Shown: piece after piece, positions 8,768 through 15,918 of the stretch
Layout: each line of letters opens with the position of its first letter
How positions within the stretch are numbered: the stretch's first letter is position 1
IMG/VR virus record: IMGVR_UViG_3300042991_000725
Coordinates: 123,632 to 154,404 of that record
Reading direction: 5' to 3' (one strand)
DNA length: 30,773 nucleotides
Source: a virus
Taxonomy: Duplodnaviria > Heunggongvirae > Uroviricota > Caudoviricetes
Translations under genes and position numbers: made by a program
Notes under the pieces: generated by a model
Database searches by the model: none
What the model was told of the DNA's origin: nothing
What the model saw: only the letters and a program-made list of their open reading frames with translations

Positions 8768-9463
8768 ATGAAAGACTACATGTTTGATAAAGAATATTTT
8801 ACAAATAAAAATATTACATATTATGCCAAATTCAATATGGATTCATATATGGAAGTTTATAAAAGGCTGTTTGGTAGGATTATGACAATGCTGGATTATT
8901 ATAGACGAATCGGATTGGCTGATGGCACCATTAAAATTTTAGATTTAGGAAGTGGTTTAGGATATATGACAAAAGCCTTGGTTGATAACGATTTTGATGC
9001 TTACGGGATAGATATCTCGAACTATGCCAAAGAGAATGTGTGCTATAGTTTGATTAAGCACAAAACTATTGTTGGGGATATTAGGGAAATAGACAAGTAC
9101 TTTGATGACAATTTTTTTGATATAATAATTGGAACGCATGTTTTAGAATATTTTACAGAGCCTGAACTTAATTCTATAATGTCCAAATTAAGTGTTGTGT
9201 GCAAGAATGGAGCTAGGTGTTTGTTCACGATTTTTACAGACACAGACGACAAGGATATAAATAACAAGGTTGGATATATTGACAAATACAGAACGAAAGA
9301 TAAGTCGGTTGTTTTTTGGCGCAATTATTTTTCCAAGACAGATAATACAAACATGGAGCATGTTGGGCACTTAGTTAATGGTGCGGAAGAAATTATTTTT
9401 CAAATCAGTATGCATCGGGTCATTGGTCAAGAAAAAAAAGACTTATATTTGATTGAGGCATAA
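8768..9463 (+). CDS. Class I SAM-dependent methyltransferase
   Basis: KILDLGSGLG (motif I), YGIDIS, VGDI, FDIIIGTHVLEY and NG ahead of the CLFT strand. The start could be 8756 or 8768. Confidence 0.85.
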   Translation: MKDYMFDKEYFTNKNITYYAKFNMDSYMEVYKRLFGRIMTMLDYYRRIGLADGTIKILDLGSGLGYMTKALVDNDFDAYGIDISNYAKENVCYSLIKHKTIVGDIREIDKYFDDNFFDIIIGTHVLEYFTEPELNSIMSKLSVVCKNGARCLFTIFTDTDDKDINNKVGYIDKYRTKDKSVVFWRNYFSKTDNTNMEHVGHLVNGAEEIIFQISMHRVIGQEKKDLYLIEA

Positions 9464-9958
9464 ATGGATAGAGTAATCAGGATAATAAAAGACACCAGAG
9501 AACCTAGCTCATTCACTTTCGCTGGTCTACAAAAAGTAGATGCTGTAGATATTTTGAAATTAGATTTTGGAGATTATACAACGGAGAAGCTTAAGAACCT
9601 TGTGGTCATTGAAAGAAAGGCTAAAGGGGACCTCTTCCATACATTGGGGAGCGACCATGAGAGATTCGCAAAAGAACTTGATAGGGCCAGAGCGGTTGGT
9701 GTAAAGTATTTTTTTATTGTTATAGAGGCGTCTTTGGAAGGTGTGTATGAGGGGAACTGGGTTTTTATAAAAGGCAAAGGCAGGACTATGACGTTCCCTT
9801 ATGGTAGTAGTGCGGTATCCCAGCTCATCAATTATTCACTAAAGGACGGGATGCGCATTATCCCGGTGTATGCTGACAATATAGGCACTTCTAGAAAAAT
9901 CATCCGCGATATTCTGATTAAGGCTGAAGAGATGTTGGAGAAAGGAGTTCTTAAATAA
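9464..9958 (+). CDS. ERCC4-domain (XPF/Mus81-type) structure-specific nuclease
   Basis: IIKDTREP, LDFGDY, VVIERKAKGDL, RFAKELDR and FIVIE give the DxRE / GD / ERK signature of ERCC4 domains. Confidence 0.85.
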   Translation: MDRVIRIIKDTREPSSFTFAGLQKVDAVDILKLDFGDYTTEKLKNLVVIERKAKGDLFHTLGSDHERFAKELDRARAVGVKYFFIVIEASLEGVYEGNWVFIKGKGRTMTFPYGSSAVSQLINYSLKDGMRIIPVYADNIGTSRKIIRDILIKAEEMLEKGVLK

Positions 9959-12900
9959 TGTATTATACGTTTGATACTAAAAACCCATTTTACGATCTTA
10001 TAGTTTCAAAGCTGCCAATTGAAGAGCAGATCGTTCATGTTGCAATGAGAAATCCTGCGTTTGCATGTAAGTACATTTTCAATACTGAGATTTTTGCGTT
10101 CCAGAACCTGATGTTCAAAATTTTTGCAGAAAAACCGTTTCCTTTGCTGGTTGCAAACAGAGGCTATGGCAAATGTGTAACTGGTGATACTAATTTAGTC
10201 ACAAATTCTGGTTTTGTTAAAATATCCGAAATCGTGGGTGATTGTGATGTAATGGTTAAAAAGAAGCATGATAATTTATTGTTACATGGTGAAAACGGAT
10301 ACAAAAAAGTGAAATATTCGTGGAATAATGGAGTGTCTGACACGCTAAAGATTGTTACTAGAAGTGGGTTCCAGATTGAGGGGACATATAACCATCCTGT
10401 TCGTGTCGTTAGGAGTGGTAAATTAGAATGGATTGATTTAAAAGACGTTGTTGTCGGCGACAGACTTCCAATTATAAGGGACGACACTTGGTTTGATGAG
10501 ACCAACAAGCTTACTCAAGATGAAGCCTATTTATTTGGGTTGCTTGTGGGAGATGGTGGATATACTGTTCGTGGCAGCGTTTCTTTTACAAACAAGGATA
10601 CTTTCCTTGTTAGTGAAGCAATGCGCTTATCCAAGAAAGTTTTTGGCAAGAGTTTTGTAGATGTATCCTCTGCACCGTATGGTCACAAATTGTATGGGAC
10701 TGATATTTGGGATAGTTTGTTTAATAAATATGGATTTAATTCTTCTGTGTGTGGCGAAAAAGATTTTCCCACTTCGGTTTTGTCGGCCCCTAAGCGCTCG
10801 ATGATATCGTTTATTCAAGGGCTTTTTGATACGGACGGTTATGTTGGAGTGGCCGAGATTGGTATTACGATGAAGTCGGAAAATATAATACGTAGACTTC
10901 AATATATATTAACATTTTTTGGTATTATCTCCAATGTTAGGATTAGATACAACAAGAAATACGAAACAAGTTATTTTTGTTTATCTATGTTTGGTAAAAA
11001 TGCAAGACTGTTTTTAAGCAAGATAGGATTTAGATTAAAGCGCAAGCAGACTATTGGCGTATTGAGATTGTCTAAAAAAACCAATTCTAACACAGACACA
11101 ATACCTAATAATTTAATTAAAGATGTAGTTTTGAAAATAAGAAATAGGTATGCAGAGATTTGTCGGCACAAAATTAGATCTGCCGGGAATATAAAGGACT
11201 ACGAATGTACTTATGAATTTTTACAAAAAATTTTGAAAACCGCAATATCTTGCAATAAAAATAACGTTTGTAGTGATTCTGAAATAAAGTACATTCAGTC
11301 TATTATGCATAAACATTATTTTTATGATACGGTAAAAAAAATATCTGCTAGTAAAAACAAAACATACGACGTTAATATACCGAAAGACCATTCTTTTAAT
11401 AGTAACGGATTCATATCTCACAACAGCTTTGCTCTTGCCGTACATGCTGTATTAACCGCGCTATTCAATCAGGGATCTAAGACAATACTTGTGGCTAGAA
11501 ATTATAGACAGTGCGTTGACGGCAAGTCTCTATTATTTAGTGACAACGGCATTATTAGAATGAGAGACGTGTCGGTAGGATACGTTGTTGCCGATGGGGA
11601 TAGCGTTAACAAGGTGCGTCATCATTGGGAAGTTGCAGAACAGCAGACGACAACAATTACAACAAACAATGGGTATTTTATTCATGGTGCCGACAATCAC
11701 AAGGTTCTCAAGAATGGTTTTTGGTCTACATTGAGCCATACTGAGGTTGGAGATGCCGTTCAGATATTCTACGGACAGGATTTATTTTCTAAAAAAGACG
11801 TTGATCTGTTACCTATGGGTTTTAATCGCGTATCTGTCCAGGACAAGAGATTGCAGTTACCAAAAAGTGTCGACAAAGATCTTGCATGGATTTTGGGGAA
11901 GATATTCTCTAAGAGGGCGTCGGAGGATAATGGCACTATTCGTTTCAATATTAAAGATGCCACTACGAGAGACAGATATTATAGGAAAGTGTCTAGTATA
12001 TTCAACTACAAGGTTATTCGGGAGTATAAAAAGAAAAGGAGAAGTTTTTACGCCGGAAAGATCATAAACAAAAATATTTGCAATTTCCTTAGAGAGAATG
12101 GTATTGATTTAACTAGGCGAATGTTGCCGTCATGCATATTGATGTCCAAGAAGGAAACTGTTTGTTCTTTCATATCTTCGCTTATTGAAGAGTCGGTTTC
12201 AATTGATAGGTTACGGAAGTCTATAGTTTTTAGGCACTGGTCAAATCCTCTGCTTAAAGATGTCCAGATTGTTTTACTTAATTTTGGGATTATTTCTAAT
12301 AGGGCATATGATCGTATTGAAATCAAGGGTCTTTCAAATATTGCCAATTTTGCCAAAAACTTTACAATAAAAGGTCAAGAGAACAACAACAAGTTAAATA
12401 CAATTTTATCAAAGTCTGATGATAGAGTTGGGCATGACATACTCGTCTTTGATGATAGAATTCGGTTTATATTAACGCACAATAAGGTCAATGTTGATGA
12501 GTGGAGAGGTGAGGCCATCGACGGCTTTATTCCTGTCAAGAAGCTTAAGGATATCGCGGATAAGTATAATTTGTCGAGTGTGTTGGTAGACTATATTTTG
12601 CCAAATTGTTTTTGTGATAAGGTTATTTCTATAGAGAAGTCTCTTGGGATAACTTATGATGTCGAGATTGACGAGTCTTCAAGATATTTCGCCAATGGAT
12701 TTATTAATCACAATTCGCAGCTGGTGTTTGATTATATTACAACCATATACAATAAGTCCGAAATTTTACAGAATATAACGAATAAGCCTCCTACAAAGGC
12801 CACATCTTCTTGTTTATTCACTATTGGAGATTCTTACATAAAGGCTATTCCTCTTGGTGATGGTTCTGGCGTCCGTGGCGAACGTGCTACAAATATCCTT

Positions 12901-14166
12901 GTTGACGAGTATCCGTTTGTTCCAGAAGATGTTTTTCAGACGGTTATCCGTGGTTTTGCTGCAGTTTCTGGCGATCCAGTACAAAGGGTGCGGATGAAAG
13001 CAAGGATTAATGAATATATTAGAAAGGGACTTCCTGTTCCTAAGGAGCTTAGGTTGTCGAGTAACCAGATATTGTTGACCGGAACTGCGTATTATGAGGA
13101 TAACCATTTTACTAAGACTTATTATAAATACAGAAATCTTATTGATAATAAATACTGTGGTTCAGTTGGAGATGTAGACCAAAGTGTTGCCGGAAATGAA
13201 TATGTTGACTACAAGGATTATGCCGTACTTCATTTTGATTATACCATGCTCCCAGATGGTTATATGGAAGAAAAGCAGATTAGCCAAGCCAAGCTTACGA
13301 TGAGTGAGTCTGCATTCGCAATGGAATATATGAGTAAGTTCCAATCAAATTCTCAAGGTTTTTATAAGCATAGTGATGTCCAAAAATGTGAAAGTGCTGG
13401 TACAGACAGATATGTTGTTGAGGTGCGTGGGAATCCTGCGTGCCAGTATGTGCTTGGAATAGATCCATCAAGTGGCGGAGTAGCAGAATTCGGTGTATGT
13501 ATAATGAAAATTACTAATGAATTTAAGCCAGTCGTTTTTGCAAAAGGTATGGAAAAATATACATTTCCTGAAGCATTAGAAGAAATTAAAAGGTTGCTGC
13601 GTATGTTTAATATTGTCAAGATATGCATGGACTCCCAAGGTGGAGGTTTTACTGTAAGGGATTTGCTTAGAGATTCAAGGATTATGGGCAGTTATCCTTT
13701 GATATTTGAATCTGCATCTGAAAACAAAACTGCGACTGGAAGATATATATTAGAGTTGGTCAATCCAACATCTGCTTGGAACCTTAAGGCTAACCAGGAT
13801 ATGCAATCAGACCTTCATCATAGAAGGGTCTTATTTCCAGCATATGGTTATGTATCTAATGATCCAACTGAAATTAGAGAAGCCGAAGACGCTGAAGACG
13901 AAATGCGCAAAATGAGGATGCAGTTAGAGAGTATAGAGCTTTCGATGACAAAAAACGGCTTTTCTCATTTCGATGTTCCGTCTAGAAAAATATCGGAGGG
14001 TGATGCAAAAAGGATTATTAGAATGAGGAAAGACTTATTTTCGGCGTTGCTTTTGGCTAATTATGCTGCTAATCAGATGTTAACAACTCCTTTAACTCAA
14101 TCTATATATAGCAATCCAGACAATTTTGGTGGTTGGGCTTCAGAATTTACTGGTCGAAATGGGTAA
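9958..14166 (+). CDS. terL: Terminase large subunit precursor with two inteins (about 584 aa after splicing)
   Basis: Removing the inteins restores Walker A ANRGYGKS. Also Walker B NILVDEY, LLTGTAY coupling motif, and an RNase H-like nuclease domain (YVLGIDPSS, ICMDSQGGG, KDLFSALLLA). Directly upstream of portal and head genes. Confidence 0.92.
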   Translation: MYYTFDTKNPFYDLIVSKLPIEEQIVHVAMRNPAFACKYIFNTEIFAFQNLMFKIFAEKPFPLLVANRGYGKCVTGDTNLVTNSGFVKISEIVGDCDVMVKKKHDNLLLHGENGYKKVKYSWNNGVSDTLKIVTRSGFQIEGTYNHPVRVVRSGKLEWIDLKDVVVGDRLPIIRDDTWFDETNKLTQDEAYLFGLLVGDGGYTVRGSVSFTNKDTFLVSEAMRLSKKVFGKSFVDVSSAPYGHKLYGTDIWDSLFNKYGFNSSVCGEKDFPTSVLSAPKRSMISFIQGLFDTDGYVGVAEIGITMKSENIIRRLQYILTFFGIISNVRIRYNKKYETSYFCLSMFGKNARLFLSKIGFRLKRKQTIGVLRLSKKTNSNTDTIPNNLIKDVVLKIRNRYAEICRHKIRSAGNIKDYECTYEFLQKILKTAISCNKNNVCSDSEIKYIQSIMHKHYFYDTVKKISASKNKTYDVNIPKDHSFNSNGFISHNSFALAVHAVLTALFNQGSKTILVARNYRQCVDGKSLLFSDNGIIRMRDVSVGYVVADGDSVNKVRHHWEVAEQQTTTITTNNGYFIHGADNHKVLKNGFWSTLSHTEVGDAVQIFYGQDLFSKKDVDLLPMGFNRVSVQDKRLQLPKSVDKDLAWILGKIFSKRASEDNGTIRFNIKDATTRDRYYRKVSSIFNYKVIREYKKKRRSFYAGKIINKNICNFLRENGIDLTRRMLPSCILMSKKETVCSFISSLIEESVSIDRLRKSIVFRHWSNPLLKDVQIVLLNFGIISNRAYDRIEIKGLSNIANFAKNFTIKGQENNNKLNTILSKSDDRVGHDILVFDDRIRFILTHNKVNVDEWRGEAIDGFIPVKKLKDIADKYNLSSVLVDYILPNCFCDKVISIEKSLGITYDVEIDESSRYFANGFINHNSQLVFDYITTIYNKSEILQNITNKPPTKATSSCLFTIGDSYIKAIPLGDGSGVRGERATNILVDEYPFVPEDVFQTVIRGFAAVSGDPVQRVRMKARINEYIRKGLPVPKELRLSSNQILLTGTAYYEDNHFTKTYYKYRNLIDNKYCGSVGDVDQSVAGNEYVDYKDYAVLHFDYTMLPDGYMEEKQISQAKLTMSESAFAMEYMSKFQSNSQGFYKHSDVQKCESAGTDRYVVEVRGNPACQYVLGIDPSSGGVAEFGVCIMKITNEFKPVVFAKGMEKYTFPEALEEIKRLLRMFNIVKICMDSQGGGFTVRDLLRDSRIMGSYPLIFESASENKTATGRYILELVNPTSAWNLKANQDMQSDLHHRRVLFPAYGYVSNDPTEIREAEDAEDEMRKMRMQLESIELSMTKNGFSHFDVPSRKISEGDAKRIIRMRKDLFSALLLANYAANQMLTTPLTQSIYSNPDNFGGWASEFTGRNG
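10174..11424 (+). mobile_element. Intein 1 (417 aa) with an apparently intact LAGLIDADG homing endonuclease
   Basis: Starts CVTGDT right after the P-loop Lys. Block B GTYNHPV, blocks C and E LFGLLVGDG and FIQGLFDTDG, end TYDVNI...NGFISHN followed by Ser. Confidence 0.95.
11512..12714 (+). mobile_element. Intein 2 (401 aa) with a degenerate LAGLIDADG domain
   Basis: Starts CVDGKS, block B GADNHKV, end TYDVEI...ANGFINHN followed by Ser. The endonuclease blocks read LAWILGKIFSKR and FISSLIEESVS. Confidence 0.9.
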
Positions 14167-14172
14167 ATTTAT

Positions 14173-14189
14173 GGTGTATATATAATTAG
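14173..14189 (+). promoter_or_regulatory. Candidate phage late-promoter motif, copy 1 (GGTGTATAT-ATA-A-T-TAG)
   Basis: In the 49-nt gap between terL and portal. Shares 13 of 17 positions with the copies at 17035 and 21802. Confidence 0.6.
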
Positions 14190-14215
14190 GCAATTTTTCT
14201 TGGAGAATCCATTAA

Positions 14216-15910
14216 ATGGCAGAAGATAAAGTTGGTGGCATTACCGCTGTCTCCAAAGATACATTCTCACAATTTGACTATGCCATGGCCTCAAGGGCTG
14301 GGAAAACCAAGGCGAATTTAGAACGAGATACCCATACCAATGGCATTAATGATGGCGAATATACGCTAGCATATAAAAATGTCGATTCGTATCATGAATC
14401 AATGATACAGTCGTCATCCGAGTATTATGCCAAGGTTTCGTTGCTTAAGAATATTGTCGATATGCTTGGAGATTTTGCTTCTGAAGAGATTGTAATTACC
14501 CATAAGAATAAAACAGTCGACGATTTTTATAAACAGTGGGCCAAGAAGGTCCGCCTTCAGTCTCGTATAAACACATTCATGACAGAGTTTTATAAGAGCG
14601 GCAACGTGTTTGTTTGGAGAGTTAATGGCAAGCTTAGTCGAGTGGCAAACAGGGGCAACTCTGATATAGAAATACCTGTAGCGTATCGAGCTATTAATCC
14701 ACGAGCTATAAAAATAGAGGGGGATGAGTTTTTAGGCACTCGTAGATTTTTCTTGACAAACACGACATCTGCTGCCCCATCTACTATCAACGATGTTTCA
14801 GACAACGAATTTGGCAAAGATCGCGGCGTTAATAACAAATCTAGCAATGGTATCGAACTTGATGCAGATAGAATTTTTTCTATGCAATATAAGAAAAGTG
14901 ATTGGAATAAATGGGCTCAGCCTCTCATTTATGCTACTCTTGCAGACATTGATTTTAAATTGAAGTTACGTGAGATGGACAAGGCTGCAATGGATTCCAT
15001 TATTAATGTTATTACGTTGTTTAAAATAGGATCAGATGAATATCCGCCAACTCGTGCTTTATTTGAAAAGTTAGCCAGCATAGTCGAATCTAGTAATCCT
15101 TCGATGAATTTGTTGTGGGATAATAATCTTACAGTTGAGCAGAAACATCTTCCTGTTGATGAGATTCTTGGCAAGGAAAAATATGACCAAATAGACAATG
15201 ATATTTTGGCCGGTATTGGTGTTCCTAAAATCCTAATCAATGGTGATGGTGCAAATTTTGCCAACTCTTTTTTACAGGTTAAAACCACTGCTGAAAAAAT
15301 TAAGCTTGGCCAAGAATTTTCGATAGAGTTTGTCGAGAGAGAAACAGCTTATTTGGCCGATATGCTTGGATTCAGGACATATCCAGAGGTATCTATTGAG
15401 TCTTCGTCGTTGCGCGATGAGATTCAGGAGAAGAAGACCATTATCAGTGCTGTTGACCGTAGGCTTATCAGTAGAGAGACCGGAGTGCGTAAGCTTGGCG
15501 AGAATCCGAACATCGAGTTTGAGAAGATTAAGAATGAAGCTAAGCTTGAGGAATCTGGAGAATTACCAGCGTATATGTCTCCGTTCACTGGCAAAGACAT
15601 GAGCGGAGGCGAAGGGAAGCCACAAAATCCAACTGGGCCGAATGAGAAAGACAGAATCGTCCCCCCAAAGGGATTGGGCCTTGGGGTCGAAGGCGATGTT
15701 GACGATGACCAGCCTCTTGAAATTGATACTGAAATTCCGGACAATCAAACAGAGGCTCCTGCCAAACTTGATCGTTGTGTCGTCGATGTCAAAAGCAAAG
15801 AGATAGAGCGTTATAAAAAGCGTTACGGCAAAGATCCTGACAAAAAAGCTATGAAAAAAATAGAGCGTAAGGCGTGGGCGATTTGTCAATCCAGCATTAA
15901 TGGTAAATAG
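14216..15910 (+). CDS. Portal protein
   Basis: 564 aa, located between terL and the protease/capsid genes. Portal-like segments FYKSGNVFV, WNKWAQPLI, ILAGIGVPKILI. SD GGAG at 14202. Assignment rests mainly on synteny and size. Confidence 0.75.
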   Translation: MAEDKVGGITAVSKDTFSQFDYAMASRAGKTKANLERDTHTNGINDGEYTLAYKNVDSYHESMIQSSSEYYAKVSLLKNIVDMLGDFASEEIVITHKNKTVDDFYKQWAKKVRLQSRINTFMTEFYKSGNVFVWRVNGKLSRVANRGNSDIEIPVAYRAINPRAIKIEGDEFLGTRRFFLTNTTSAAPSTINDVSDNEFGKDRGVNNKSSNGIELDADRIFSMQYKKSDWNKWAQPLIYATLADIDFKLKLREMDKAAMDSIINVITLFKIGSDEYPPTRALFEKLASIVESSNPSMNLLWDNNLTVEQKHLPVDEILGKEKYDQIDNDILAGIGVPKILINGDGANFANSFLQVKTTAEKIKLGQEFSIEFVERETAYLADMLGFRTYPEVSIESSSLRDEIQEKKTIISAVDRRLISRETGVRKLGENPNIEFEKIKNEAKLEESGELPAYMSPFTGKDMSGGEGKPQNPTGPNEKDRIVPPKGLGLGVEGDVDDDQPLEIDTEIPDNQTEAPAKLDRCVVDVKSKEIERYKKRYGKDPDKKAMKKIERKAWAICQSSINGK

Positions 15911-15918
15911 AGGGAGTT

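Noticed and set aside
1-9463. Host chromosomal O-antigen or capsule locus flanking a prophage
   Set aside because: No integrase, att-like repeat, flippase, polymerase or housekeeping gene is seen, and the cluster is joined to terL by overlapping stop and start codons. It cannot be fully excluded without flanking sequence.
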